NCBI GenBank assembly: GCA_964187785.1
Contig: OZ076409.1
Span: 19,470,001 to 19,534,000 of the forward strand
DNA from: Amphiscolops sp. MND2022
Taxonomy: Eukaryota
DNA: 64,000 nt
Direction: 5' to 3'
The stretch's first letter is position 1, and every line of letters begins with the position of its first letter. A model generated the notes under the pieces. It was not told the DNA's origin. It made no database searches and worked only from the letters and a program-made list of their open reading frames with translations. A program made the translations under genes and the position numbers. Shown piece by piece: positions 1 through 12,982 of this stretch.

Positions 1-143
1 AGGGGTATGTGAACTTATCTGACTACGTTATAAAAATTTTGATCCGAGTTGTTTCGATCCCATTCAAAAAATTGGTATGTCGACCTGAGGACCAACTCTG
101 ATTTTCGATCCCGTTCCTTCGACCTATTTGCTCCCACCCGAAA
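1..143. repeat. ~140-bp segment directly repeated at 4518-4660, with an imperfect inverted counterpart at ~4305-4400
   Basis: aggggtat.tgaac.tatctgactacgttataaaaa...ttccttcgacct occurs at 1 and at 4518. The ttcgatcc/ttcgacct motifs reappear inverted (ggatcgaa/aggtcgaa) at 4337-4400. Confidence 0.9.
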
Positions 144-559
144 TTTTTTATCACGTGTCTCTAGAATGCTCTGTCGTTCGCACGGAGTGTACGCCTTTGA
201 TCTAATTGCTTGGGTCTAATGGAATTAGATCTAACTGTTAGGTCTAACTTTCTGATCTAATTTTATCTAAAATACTTAGGTCTAACCTCTTTATGATCTA
301 ATATGTGTGAGAGAGAGAAAACACTGTTTTATTGTATAGGGATAGCTGGTGCCAGTATACAATAAGTGTAGATTGATTTATGCTGAAGCATAAATGATTT
401 TTTCAAGTTTTACAGGGCGAGAAATCAGGTGAAGCGGAAATCACGCCAAGTATGAGATGTATGGATAGGCATACGACTACTTTCCAAAGTTAGATGCTTT
501 CTGAGACGACTTTTGAATGTGTGTAGACTTATACTAGTGTCTCTCAAGTAAAACGGTAG

Positions 560-3315
560 TTAGTTCCACTTCGAAGAAGAATGATGAAAGAAAAAACTGA
601 AGAAAGATACATGACTTCCCAAGTATATTATCTGATTAGTGCAATTGTTCCACCCAAAAATCGCGGTAGGTAATTTTAAAGTGCTCTGGAAGGCTTTTTT
701 AGTATTTTTGAGATATTGGAACAGAAATACTAGAGATTTCAACTCGATAAGTTGCTTTATTCCAATTATTTTCTTTTTTTTCTCTCTCTCAGATCACTCG
801 ACGATTTAAAGCTCGAACGGAAGTGGACAGATTTCAATGCCCAGTTCATCTGTTTCTCAAGGGAAAGTAGTAAAGGAGGGGATATTCGAGTGAAAAAAAA
901 TCGCAGAGTATTCGAAATGACTGAGTATTAGCGCGTGGAAAAGCATGACTAAGTCTGTGGTCGGAAATTTGTGTTGTATAGATTCAATAGTTTTTATTCC
1001 AACTGCCATGTTTTTCAGAAACTTTTTTACTTGAGTTTGGAAAGTCAAGTGTTGATCTAACGTTATTCCAAGATATTTACATTCACATTTCTTTTTGACA
1101 ACTGAGGAGCATACGACAACTGTTTCGGAGTCTAGCTGTCTCTTGTCATTTTTTCGAGAAAAAGTTATGAATTCTGTTTTACTGCCATTCAGATTTAGTC
1201 GATGGGACTTAAAGTAACTTTCAAAATTCAAAATATTTGTTTGCAAACATTGCAAAGCAATGTCAGGGTCCTGGTGACTACAAAAAAGCAAGCAATCATC
1301 GGCGTACTGGATAATGCGAGCATCCTCCGTTATCTGTCCAGTCAGGTCATTGACATTAAGGTTGAAGAGCAGTGGTCCTAAAATAGTGCCCTGGGGAACG
1401 CCTTGTTTCAATTCTATCCAATCCGATTTGACACCGTTCAATGGAACCTGCTGCAGTCTATCACTGAGGAAACTTTTTATAAAGTTGATGGCCGAAGAAG
1501 AGAAACCAAGAGACTTGACTTTAGACAAAAGGATTTCATGTGAAAGTGAGTCAAAAGCTTTCGATAAATCCAGCACGACTGCATGAAACATTTTCCCATC
1601 CTGAATTTCCTGTTGAACCGATTCGGTGAAAAACAAAACAGCATCTTCTACTGATACTTTTTTCCTAAAACCAAATTGGAGCGAGGAGATTTTTTTCTTC
1701 AATGTAAGCTGTAATTTGCCTATGAATACATTTTTCGAGGATTTTGGAGAACGTTGTTGTAATCGAAATGGGACGAAATTTTTTGAAATCTAGAATGTCA
1801 TCTTTTTTGAAGATGGGGGTTATAGTCGCTCTTTTTAACATCGTAGGAAAAACACTTTCATTAATGCACTCATTCAATATGAATGTTATGTGAGAAGTCA
1901 AATATTGCTTTCCATCAATTATAGCCCAAGCGGGCACCTTGCAAGGACCGGTAGGTTTGTTCGGTTTCAACTCATTGATGATATCGTAACAATCTTTCAC
2001 TGTGATTGGACTAAAGGAGAACGAAGAACCACCGGGAAGGAAGGATGGAACTTCATCATTGTCATTATCAAAAAATTGACCAAGGTTCGAAAATATCAGG
2101 TTGAAATGATCGGCCATTTCCTTTTCACCAACTATCATTTTACCGAATGAATTTCTCACTGCTCCAAGATTGACCGACTTTCTATTTTACCCTTGGGCGG
2201 AATTTATGAAATTCCATCTTTCCTTAGCGGTGCACAGAGAAGAAAAACAGCTCCAGGCAAATTTCTCTTGCTTTTCTTTTAGTACCTTAGAAAGTTGATT
2301 TCTAAGTTTTGAGTACGTAGACCAGGTTTGAGCAGAGGTATTATTACATTATTCGTAGTAAGCTGCTTGGCGTGCCTGGGTTAAGGGTTTGTACTCGCTG
2401 TCATACCAGGATTCTTTGAAAAGTTTAGGGCTCTTTTTCGGAGAAATATTTGTTTGACGGGTGCATGCTTTTCCACAATACTAGCTAACATATAGACAAC
2501 CAGATTGAACATATCAGTAGCATTCGAACAATTATAGATTCTAAACCATGGGATGTTTGATAGTGACAGACAGAAAGCGGCTTTTTGGTAAGTACACAAA
2601 TCGAACTTTTGCAAGATTGTGCACATCTGTTTTCCAGCGAAAACGTTTGTGAAAACTACTGAGCCAAAATGATCTGTTTTAAAAGGACTATTGAACACAA
2701 AGCATTTACCGTCTAAGATGTTTTCAACTATTATATAGTCAATGTGTGTTTTTGTAGTTTTACAGACACGCGTAGGTAAATTTGGGCTAGCTACGGAGAA
2801 CCCATATGGTAATATGACAGTTTCTAGGTTTTCCCGTTCAAGTGGGGTGAGGTAGTCCAAATTGTAATCGCCCATCATTGTGATGTTTGCAGTTTCGCAC
2901 GTGGAGTTGTCTATATTTGTTTCTAATTGTTCAAGAAAATCTTTTTGAAATTGTTTCATAGGATTATAAGTTACGTTAATCAACATGGTTTTCTTGCACA
3001 ATTTTGAGAAACCATTCCTACATTCTACCCAGATTGAGTCGAACTTAGTTTTATCAAAAAGGGTTGAGATCTTTTCGTTCCCTCGGAGCAAGTTTCAAAG
3101 GTACAAAAAGCATTACACCACCACCCTTTTTTCGAATTTGCAGAACTTCGGTCACATCTGAAAAACTCGTGGGTGTTTGAAGCTACATTCCAAAAAACCA
3201 AGTCATCACTAGGAGTTAACCAACTTTCTGAGATACCCACAATTGTGTTCGGTCCCATGTCGTTCACAAAAGATTTCAACTGAGTATGTTTTTTAGATAC
3301 ATCTTGAACGTTCAT
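560..3315 (-). pseudogene. LINE ORF2 (APE endonuclease plus reverse transcriptase), broken by several frameshifts/stops
   Basis: Colinear ORF pieces carry the canonical EN and RT motifs, including YADD. Confidence 0.93.
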
Positions 3316-3491
3316 GTGGACTATGCGTAAATTTGTTTATTTTTGTCGGACAACTTGGAAAAATTATCATATCTAATTTCAGGACCTGGATTTTGCTCAA
3401 TATCTCCACATAATTTCAGAAGAGTTCTAGCGAATGTTAGAAAATCGAATGAACAAAATGCATCAGATATCCCAAGGTTTCATATAAATTT

Positions 3492-4191
3492 TCAAACACT
3501 TTTACATGCACTGGCAAGTAGCTCTTCATCCCATTTTTGCAGTTTATATAGGTTTTCAAATACGAGTTTTTCATTATCTTGCATAAACACAATTATTTTT
3601 TCATTAACAGTATGCACTCTAGCAACATCATCCCGTTTCCTCAATTCACGAGTTACTTTAGCTCTGATTGAGGTAAGATCATCATTCACAAAAATGTTGG
3701 TATTTTTGAGATTGCGCTTGTTTTTCATTAGCTGATGTTTCGTGTCACGTCTCACAAATTTGGCTATCAGAGGTTTGGGGCCAGGCCCTCCGCCAGGTAA
3801 ACGGTGGCAGGTACTTACGTCATTGGCAGTAATTTGGACACCGGCCTTTTCAGCAACACTAACCACCTTCGCATAGACGTCCTCGCCTGGCTCTTCTTGC
3901 ACTCCGAAAATGAGCACATTCTCCCTTCGCCCATACTGCTCTATGCTGTCAGCCTCGATGATTGGCGCCGGGTCCTCCGTGGTACACCGACTCGCTTTGT
4001 TCAGCCCCTCGAATGCACAGAATCCACACAGGAAAGGCCTCGCGAAGAAATTCTTGGGAATTTGTGTGGGTACCCATACATTTGTCCAGATGACACATCC
4101 AAGGTCCAGTGCATTCAATCAGATGGTTGCTACCTTCTTCCTTTTTGCCCTGATTGATGGAGGATGTTGATGGGTTTCGCGCAGACGGCAT
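3492..4191 (-). pseudogene. LINE ORF1: PHD-finger remnant plus L1-ORF1-like RRM region, frameshifted near the N-terminus
   Basis: 'IEC..W..HL..C.G' in ORF 3949-4191 continues into 'FLCGFC' and 'EQYGRRENVLIFGVQE...CHRL...PLIAKF...IFVNDDLT' in ORF 3492-4118. Confidence 0.8.
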
Positions 4192-4801
4192 TCCGTCGGG
4201 CCTTCTGTTTTATCAGGTAATCTGAAAAGACTTAATAAACAGCCGCAGCTATTTGATAAGTTTATCACACATTTAATAAGTTTGTGTTCTGAAAGTGAAA
4301 ATATAATGGGTGGCTGTAAATAGGTTGAATTTTTCTGGTCGAAAGGACGGAGGTCGAACCTTTTGATCGAATTGCAGGGATCGAATGAAATGCGGTCGAA
4401 TTTTATCGTGTTTGTTGTATGGCTCGGTCGCTTCGCTCCCTTCGCCAAGTAGCAACATTGAGGCATGGCCATATGGCACGTCGCTCCGCTTCGCCTCGCT
4501 CCTGCATTCAGGGCACTAGGGGTATCTGAACATATCTGACTACGTTATAAAAACTTCGATCCGAGTTGTTTCGATCCCATTCAAAAATTCGGTATGTCGA
4601 CCTGAGGACTAACTCTGATTTTCGATCCCGTTCCTTCGACCTACTTCCGCCCACCCAAATATAATGTGGGGCATATGCGATGTATGCACGCTCGCCCTCA
4701 CCGTCGCAAAGACCAGCTCCCACTACGACGGCTTCGCGATCTCCGTACCCGCTAGGTCTTTGCTCCTGTTCGACCTCGCTTAGCAAGATGGGAATATAAG
4801 C

Positions 4802-5236
4802 GGGAACAAGACGTTTCGGCACAAGACGTTTCGGCAACAAGATGGCGGAAGACGTTTCGGCAACAAAATGTTGCCGAAACGTCTTTCACCTGCTGTGAAG
4901 ACGTTTCGGCACCAAAGACGTTTCGGCAACAAGAAGAATAATCTGTAGTTTTCTTTAGTATGAAACGTGCCCCATATATGTCCCCATTTCCTCTAGTGCA
5001 TACACCGAATATGCCCCCACATTAGAAGGGGAATGTACTGAAAATTTTGCGAGACATTCACGAAAAGTAAAAATTTATTCTTAAGAAGTCAAAAAAAGTC
5101 ACAAAATGTTGCCGAAACGTCTTTCACCTGCTGTGAAGACGTTTCGGCACCAAAGACGTTTCGGCAACAAAAAGTTGCCGAAACGTCTTCCGCCATCTTG
5201 TTGCCGAAACGTCTTGTGCCGAAACGTCCGGAACCC
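4802..5236. mobile_element. MITE with arrays of AAGACGTTTCGGCA(A/C) sub-terminal repeats, GGG...CCC ends and an 8-bp TSD
   Basis: TSD ATATAAGC at 4794-4801 and 5237-5244; repeat arrays are inverted relative to each other at the two ends. Confidence 0.9.
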
Positions 5237-7699
5237 ATATAAGCGGCCCCAAGGGGCCGCGGGGCACTAGAGGAAATGGGGACATATCCGAGGCACGTTT
5301 TTTACCTTATATCACTTTTTAGTTTTAGATCCTAATTGACTTATTTTTTTCTCAAATTAGATCAAACTAGAAGAGATTTTTAGACCTGATTATTTAGATC
5401 AATTTATTTAGATCTCAGTTTTGCCCCCTCTTAGATCTATTTCATTAGACCTGATTCCACGTAGCTGTTCGCACGACGATCAACGAGCTGGTAGCTTTTT
5501 TTTCTTAAAAGTCATTTTCTTAAAACATGTATATCATTGCAGCTTTTTCAAAAATGTTTCTACCGTTCGACTGGGCTAGTGGCTGGTATGCGTAGTTGGT
5601 TGTTTTTTTTTGTTACTGGTCTACTGGGATAGTCGTTGGCATGGGGTTCCCTTCTTTCGTTGCAGACCACGGGTGTTTGTCTTCTCACCCCAACATGATG
5701 ATACACATGGCACTTGATTGGTGATGAAGATCCATGATATCTGATAGACGTGACTTGTGTCGAAATTACTGAAACATAGTCCGTATCCATGAGAGTGGAA
5801 AATTCGTTGGTTGAAGTTTTATGAGTTCAAGGAATTGTTTACCGAGTAACGGGATTACACTTTTCTTGGAGTTCGACTTCCGTAGGGTTTACATCAGGTA
5901 ACAATTCAGATGACATGTTCGACGACAATCCTCCTCATACTGTTGTGACCAACTTCACTGAACAGCTGTTTTCTCTTGTAAAGGTTACGTCAAATTGTTC
6001 AGACGGATGGACCTCCTGCACAGAGCTTCTCAAACGTTCACCGAAGGTTGAAGCGCCCGGTTCATCTCTCAGGTTAGTTTCCTCTTTTAAATGGTCACAT
6101 TCGGTTCACAGATTCGATGATAGCTGTCTTTGAAGTCAATCTAGAATTAAACATAATTTTGACGTCATTAAACTCAATGGCCGAACGTATTTTTAGTTTT
6201 TGCTTTCCGTCTATAATTCCACACGTGGAAGGAGAAGTACTAACGGCCACTTTTTCTCGTTTTGCCATGTTTCAATTTTACAGAATTGAACTACCATAAA
6301 CTTAGATTCGTGCGATATGTATTTGGATAGATTTTTGAACTTTTTGGAGAAGTCTCTGATGGAAAAATGAATCTGGACAATTCGCCAACAATATTGTAGA
6401 AAATAGAAGGTAGAAAAGTTGTCGATTTTTATACGTCCCTTTTTGCGGACTTGTTTAGCATCAATTAAGAGACAGGCTTATCAAATTTTCACATTCAGAT
6501 TTGTACAGCTGTTTTCGATGGTAAAGGGGCCTGGGTTTTTTGGTTTTTTCGTTTTCTTATGTGAATTACCCAAAAAATCAATTGAAGTCAAGTAGATTTG
6601 AGGAGTCTTTCGAGTCATTTTTCCGCGGACAGATTTCTCTTGTATATTTGGCAATGAAATAGAACGTGTATCGATGTTTCTTAGGCTCTCCAATGAGAAC
6701 AGAGGGTTAGCTTGACAACTATTATCAACCTCCTTGGCGGTTTCTTTGGTTTCAAATTGGAGGTGTGTGTGCGTCCTCTGGTAGTTCTGGAAGCGAAGCG
6801 TATAGTAATTTTTATTTGGATAATATTTCGACTAGATTCGTTTGATTTCAGAGCTATTTTTCAAGTTGATAACTCCATGCGCAACTTTTTTGATTGATGG
6901 GATGGTTGCTGTAAGATTAAAATGCTTTCAGAGGCAATAGAGGTTGCGCTTGTTGCTTGCTCCATTTTGGTATAAGTAGCCAGAAGTCTTGTTTAATGTC
7001 TTCATTTGTTTGCGTGAACGTGTTAAGTTTTTCTGAATTCCATTAGGTTTCATCATTTTCGGTGCGAATGCATATAATTTTTTTGCCGTATCAGTGTACT
7101 GGGTGTGAACTGTTTTTAGCAATTATTTTCTCACTCAGATTCGTACAGACTTTATTGGACCATTCGCAAGATTGGACCATTCAATAGCAAAAGTACCTGT
7201 CAACATTGGGTTCGTGCTAACACATCATTCACAAGAGTGGTTTAATGTCGACTGTGTGCGATCTTGATTTTTTGCTTGCTTTGGAGGCGTTTTCAGCCAC
7301 CCTCTATCTACCTGGCCGTATTAGGCCAATCAAGGCTTAGGAGACTACCAGAGCTGTTATGTTTAAAAAACATTGTTAATTAGCATATTTCTGTTTTTAC
7401 CGTTCAAGATTTTTTTTTAAAAAATGTACTTCAGGTAGTAACGGGAAGGATTAAGTGAGAAATTTAAAAGTATTTCGATGAAATCAAAAGCAACGATGCG
7501 CTTGGAGCGAGGTGCTAGAATTGTGACCATGAGATGGTAAAAAATGCTGAACGAATGAAAGCATATTAGAGTACCTGTTCCAAAAAATGTCAGAAACTAC
7601 ATAATCCAATGAAAAATCTGATTTTTTGCAAGCTACTTTGCCTTTTTTGGCAGTTTCCACGCGAAGCAAGATGAAATTGACTTGTTGATCAGTAAATTC

Positions 7700-7856
7700 A
7701 TGATTGGGCTATAGACGATTGGTCAACAAGAACAAGGGAGCCAGTCATCGGTGTCGCCATCAACGTGTCGGAAAGTCGTTTTTATTTGACACATTGGATA
7801 CGAGTGGGGAACCACACACAAGTGAATACTTAATCGAGATATTCAGGGACATAGTT
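7700..7856 (+). pseudogene. hAT (DUF659-like) transposase fragment, truncated by a Helentron-like insertion
   Basis: Across a frameshift reads IDDWSTRTREPVIGVAINV/GKSFLFDTLDTSGEPHTSEYLIEIFRDIV, resembling hAT 'DGWS...DTSG..HT.EYL' motifs. Confidence 0.65.
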
Positions 7857-8667
7857 AACAAGACGGGAACGTCTATAGTCGGCGCTATATCTAAGGCTCA
7901 AAAAGCGCAAAGGACTTTTTTGAAAAAAAACTTGAAATTTTTGAATTTTTTCATTCAAAAAATGTCGCATAGTGCCGAAAATTGTAAAAGGGGGGACCCT
8001 TTGGGCTTTATTACCATATATTCTGTTGCAAAACATCAAAAAAACGCGAAAGGGGGACTCTTTTGAGACATTGGAAAATTTTCGAAAAAAAGTCGCTTAA
8101 TGCCGAAAAAAATCGAAAAAGGGGGACCCTTTAGTCTCGTCCGTCTTTGTAGGTTACGTTAAAAAGTAAAAAATGAAAGGAGGGACCCTTTTGCACTAAT
8201 TTCCGCTGACCGGACTTGGCCTTATGGTAGTAAAAACTAACCTTCCGAATTTTATCAAATTACTATTCTTACAACTATTTATCAAAAATAAGGACCGCGC
8301 GTACTGAAACCGGGGTTTGGTGCTGTAAGAGAAAATACTTTTTTTGCCCTTATTACATGGCGGGCGTGTCAGTGAAAAGAGTTTGGGTGTCAGTACGCTG
8401 CAAGCTGCAGAGCCTTCCTTACAGTGTCAATAACGGTCCTATAAAGTAAATTTGGAAAACATCTGTAAGTGGAGGGTAATTTACAAATTAGGACAATGTA
8501 TCTCAAACTTTATTGATCGTCATGGCCTTATGGTAGTAGGTTTTGTTGTTACGATTGTAAGAAAAGTGGACCAATCAGAGTGAGATTGTAGTCTGACGAA
8601 AAAAAAAGAAAAAAACTAGCGACTGTAATTGTCGGGCTCTTTTCACTAGAAAAGCGCCGACTAAAAA
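7857..8667 (-). mobile_element. Helentron/DINE-1-like non-autonomous element, family A, carrying a 290-bp internal insertion
   Basis: Sub-terminal inverted repeat AGTCGGCGC at both ends, terminal hairpin next to ACAAG, central aaagggggaccc repeats. Confidence 0.75.
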
Positions 8668-8684
8668 TGAGTAGAATTCACTAG

Positions 8685-9030
8685 TTTGTAGTCGGCGCAT
8701 TTTATCAAAATGAGCCCGACTATTACAGTGGCAAGTTTTTTTTTCGTCAGACCTCAGAATGTATGCGTAGTGGACACTTTTTCTACAGAACTACTAAACT
8801 ACTGGACCGGCAAGCAGAAACGCATCTACAGTTAGTGCAAAGGGTCCCGCCTTTCGTGTACTCAATTTTTAACGTAAGATACAAAACTGGAGGGGACTAC
8901 AGGGCCCCCTTTGAATTTTTTTCGGCACTGTGCGACTTTTTTTCGAATTTTTTTGTCGCCAGAGGGTCCCCCCTTCAAGTTTTTTTGATATTTTGCAGCC
9001 AAACTGAAGTTTCAAAAAGCCCAAAGGGTT
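8685..9030 (+). mobile_element. Helentron-like family A, 3'-truncated copy
   Basis: Near-identical to the 5' part of 46797-47233 (agtcggcgcattttatcaaaatgagcccgactattacagtgg...). Confidence 0.75.
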
Positions 9031-9985
9031 TAAACGAAAACATGCTAGTATATTCTTTACAGCCGGGGATTGAAAATTTTATTCGTTTACCCGAAATACT
9101 GTATTAGCCGATATTCGATTATCCGAAGTCTACTGTAATTGCATTGAAAACTACTTTGCTTCCAGTCGACAGTTTGTTGCACATGCGTCTGGCGGATGTC
9201 GATCGTTTCTTTGATCGCCTTTGTCTCAATTCAATTTTTCAGGATAAATCCTCGTAACTTCTTGCAATGCTGGATGACCGTGGCGAGGATCTTTATTTCG
9301 ACACGCTCAAGAAAGTGTAGTTTTTCTAGCTATATCAAGGATCGGTTTTTTTCAGTGAATGTCTTCGTACTTCAATAACAAGAATCCGAGCGTGAATTTG
9401 TTTAGAGATGCTCGGAATACATGCTTGGTTCGTCTACAAGGCATCAGCAATTCGGTTTCTTTGTTTCGAGATGAGATTAGCACGGAATTTTCACCGAAAC
9501 TATTCAGTTGTGGTTTACTTTCTAGTGTTTATATCATTAGGCCTGTGTTAGTACCAAGACAGGATCGAATCTCAGACCTTTTTGACCCCATGCAAGTCAC
9601 TGTAGCATCACAATTCAAGCCGACCGACCATGGGTTGGCCACTTGGCTGCAAATTTGGTAGCGTAGCTTGCTATGTCGGGATTGTATTCGAAAAGGGGCA
9701 CTTTTACGAAAGCAGGCCTGGAGCGTCGGCCTTCACCCGCTTATTTAGAGAATACATTTTTTTTTCAATTTTTTGCTTTTTTATGCTATTAGTTTACATT
9801 TCCAGATGTTGTATTGGCTCTGAGGTTCAACAAATAGCTACTCCACATACTCTTTTAAAAAATGAAGCTTTTTTCAAGGAAATGATAAGATGATTCGAAA
9901 GTTCTCAAAACTTCAATTACAAGTTACCTCAAAATTTCAATTCGATACATATGCCGCATAAGTGAATTTTATCATGTGTAAACTG

Positions 9986-10393
9986 TTTTTAGTCGGCGCT
10001 TCATGGAGTGAAACACGACGATAATAGTGACTTTTTTTCAATCCACATGAACTGGCCAAAATAGTCCTACAGACGTTTGAGGCAAGTTATACCATTTGGG
10101 CCAGGGAACTTGAATAGTTGTTTTTTAGCGTAACATACAAAACCGAACGAGACTGAAGAATCCCCCTTTCATTTTTTCGGCTTCGACACTTTTTTTCGAA
10201 ATTTAATGTCTCTAAAGGGTCCCCCTTCAATTTTCACGATATTTTTCAACAGAATGGATGTTAAAAAATCCCAAAGAGTCCCCCTTTTAGCGTGTCAGGG
10301 TTTTTCGGGTACTGGGGAAGAGTATACCTGACACTTTCAAGACCTTTTGGTATTTTTCAAGCCTTAAGCCGACGTATGCCGTTCCGGGTTGTT
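9986..10393 (+). mobile_element. Helentron-like family A copy
   Basis: tttttAGTCGGCGC start, central repeats, degenerate 3' end gccgacgtatgccgttccgggttgtt. Confidence 0.7.
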
Positions 10394-10609
10394 TCAATAA
10401 AATGAGAGGGAACCGTATTATAGTCAAATAGTGCAGTGTGTTCATTGCGCATTTTGATGCACTGTGTAGTGAGAAATTGCGGATTTCGATCATTTAGCGT
10501 AATTAGAGAAAAGTGAAAACCAGTCAAGGATTTTCAACCTTGAAATTTGTTCAATTTCGTAACGTGTATGAAGCGTTAATTAATCTTTGACTAGATATCA
10601 GTTTTAGCG

Positions 10610-11045
10610 ATAGCAGGAATATTATTGAAACCTCAAGATTTCCACTTTTTTCTGTTCAGTACAATTCTTGTCGTGATACTGAAAAATTCAGATATTTTGT
10701 TCGGCAGTGAGTATAAGTGTGAGATTTAAATTTCTCAAGCTGCCGACAACAATTCGTTTCTCGTGCGATGGAACGAGAGAGTGGTAATTATCATAAGCCG
10801 AGGAACTGAAATGAAGCCAACGAGTGTTAATAATTTGTTCGCCGAGAGCTTGGCCTGCATTCAAATGCGAATACGAAACTTCGTCTACGCTTGGTAGTTA
10901 TATTTTCTTCAGTCCGAGAAGAATTAAAGGCGGTGGAAACTGGTAGTGATTAATTGTGCGCTATATAAATGATCAAGATATGCTTCTTTTGAAAATGAGA
11001 GCCTAAAAGCAGAAATGGTAGTGTGCTACGCAGGGGCCTATTTGT
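10610..11045 (+). repeat. Dispersed repeat family C (other copies ~30745-31240, 45385-45695, 62425-62795)
   Basis: Shared blocks 'gccgagagctt.gcctgcattcaaat' and 'tgaagcgaa..agtgttaat'. Three copies share a 3' end of the form gtgc....cagggg(c/a)c. Confidence 0.8.
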
Positions 11046-12982
11046 TAGTTTTCAGAAATGTCATTCATTAAAAACTTGGAAAGTAATGAAAAGGTTGACG
11101 ACTTTACACCAACTGAACAAGACTTCCTTTGGCTTATTTCATGAAATTGCTTCACATTTTAATTGAAGTCGTTAATTAGTTTGACTGTTTTATATTTTAG
11201 CATATGACTGCTATACACTTGTTTGATTGCTATACACTTTGACTGTTTTACAGCAATTTGATTGTTTTCTAACATACACTTAATTATAATATAGTTTCAA
11301 ACATAGTGTAACGAGTAAAAAACGTAACGAGTATTTAAAATAATAACGCCTTTTTATTGGTTGTTAATCGAACTAGCACGATCTTGTTAGTTCGCTGCGG
11401 CATTCGTATGGTAATGTTGTTCGAAACATTTTGCGAGTTCGTAGTTAGTTGATTACCGTCAAGGCTTAAAAATGTCCTCGCTAAAATATTACGCTGTTTA
11501 GCGGGAGTCTTGTTTATCTTTGGTTGCGCTGGATTCAGATTGTAGAATTTTGTATAGTTGTATGTCATATGGAAATACTAAATTGTTAAAATTAATTTTT
11601 CTCTAATTTTAGGGGCACGACGTTATCATAGCGAAGTTTAAAACGCAACAACCATCAGTATCCATTTCACTGAAAACTTTTCATCTATGATAAGTTGATA
11701 GGCGTCCCTTCTATTAAGAAAACGTTTTAGTCGAGCAAATTTATTTTCCGTCTGCGTTTGGGGTCGTGTAAAACTAGTAACACAAAAATATCTAGTAAAA
11801 GTAATGTATGCTGTTCGAGTAATTTTTGTCGCCATGAAGGCGAATCATTTCTCTGGATAATTCTTTGTAATTTTGATTTTCCTCATTTCACGGCGCAGTT
11901 ACGGTTGGCAGTGCACTGTTACTTTTTGTTCATGTATCGGTACCGAATAAATTGCTAGAACATTGCCAATTATGGGGTACAGAGTATTCTCGGAAAATAA
12001 TTGAAAGTGCTTTCTTGTTTGGGAGTAATCATCTTCGTCCCGAAACAATAAAAATAAAGTGACAAAGTTCCGACTTTCTGAGATACCATTACTATGAAGG
12101 TTCAATTTGGTGACCTTCAAGAGCGTCCAATTTGGATTACGGTCAAAACAATGAGAATTTTCTATCACAAGATCATTGCAAATAAAGTATTCAGACATTG
12201 CAAATTGACATTTTTCGATTTCCCCAATTCAAATCTGAATGAAAACTCTCAGATCTGATGATAACTTCGTAGTTCGATCATATGACTTTTTGAAAACATT
12301 TGGAAAAACCAATAATCGGACTTGAATAGAAAATGTCACCAAATTTGACTCCTTAGACACCACGAATCAGGTTAAGTGACTCGACAACCAAAGAGTAATA
12401 GATTGTTACATCGACTATGTTAAAGGGTGACGATAAAACAAAAAGCTGGAATCTGTGGCAGCTATCACATGTACTCTTGGAGTCATATCAAAAAGGGGGT
12501 CATTTTCTCGTCATGAGAATTGTAAGATGGGTCTGAATTCGGAGATTTCATTAAAAATTGCCTTCTTGTTGACGAATTCGTCGTCGTTCTTCGTGTATTA
12601 TGAAGGCTATTATCACGAAAAACCTGCTCATACAGTGAAACTTTAGTAGGGGTCACCCCCTAATAAGATGGGGGGTGTCACCAATTTTTGGTCTAAATTA
12701 TTACACGGGGGTTTCCCAAATTAAATCTATTTGGTTTCCCAGAGTACTAGTTCCTTGCGGTACGTATCGTACTTACAGTACTACGTTTTGAGGTACTAGT
12801 ACTTTTTTAACAGTATGCGCAATTCATGTCAATTTGGATGTATGTTTGAATATGGCCGAGAACAGCAACAGTCTGGGAAGATCCATACGAACATGTTTTT
12901 GGAATGATGGATTGATTCCTTCTTGGAAATTTTGGTTACATGAAATAATCTCCGTTGGTCCTCAGTAATTAGCCACTAGAAC

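Larger units (their letters stand above)
305..4200 (-). mobile_element. Non-LTR retrotransposon (LINE, CR1/L2/Jockey-group architecture), near full length but frameshifted
   Basis: Minus-strand order ORF1 (3492-4191), APE endonuclease fragments (3025-3315 'VGISESWL', 2381-3091 'MGDYNLD...PTRV...HIDYI...TDH'), RT fragments (1665-2159 'FRPISI', 857-1702 'LDLSKAFD, GVPQGTILGPLLF, YADD, KYLG'). The 3' end has AATAAA followed by a (TC)n tail near 305-335. Confidence 0.95.

Noticed and set aside
4802..5236. CRISPR-like short repeat array
   Set aside because: Repeats are ~14 bp, in both orientations, without regular unique spacers, and bounded by a TSD. The context is eukaryotic with no cas genes, so this is a MITE.
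5560..7130. Short minus-strand ORFs
   Set aside because: No recognisable motifs and no consistent splice structure.
11638..12198. Possible hAT dimerisation-domain remnant (LYPIIGNVLAI)
   Set aside because: A single weak motif with no supporting TIR or TSD.
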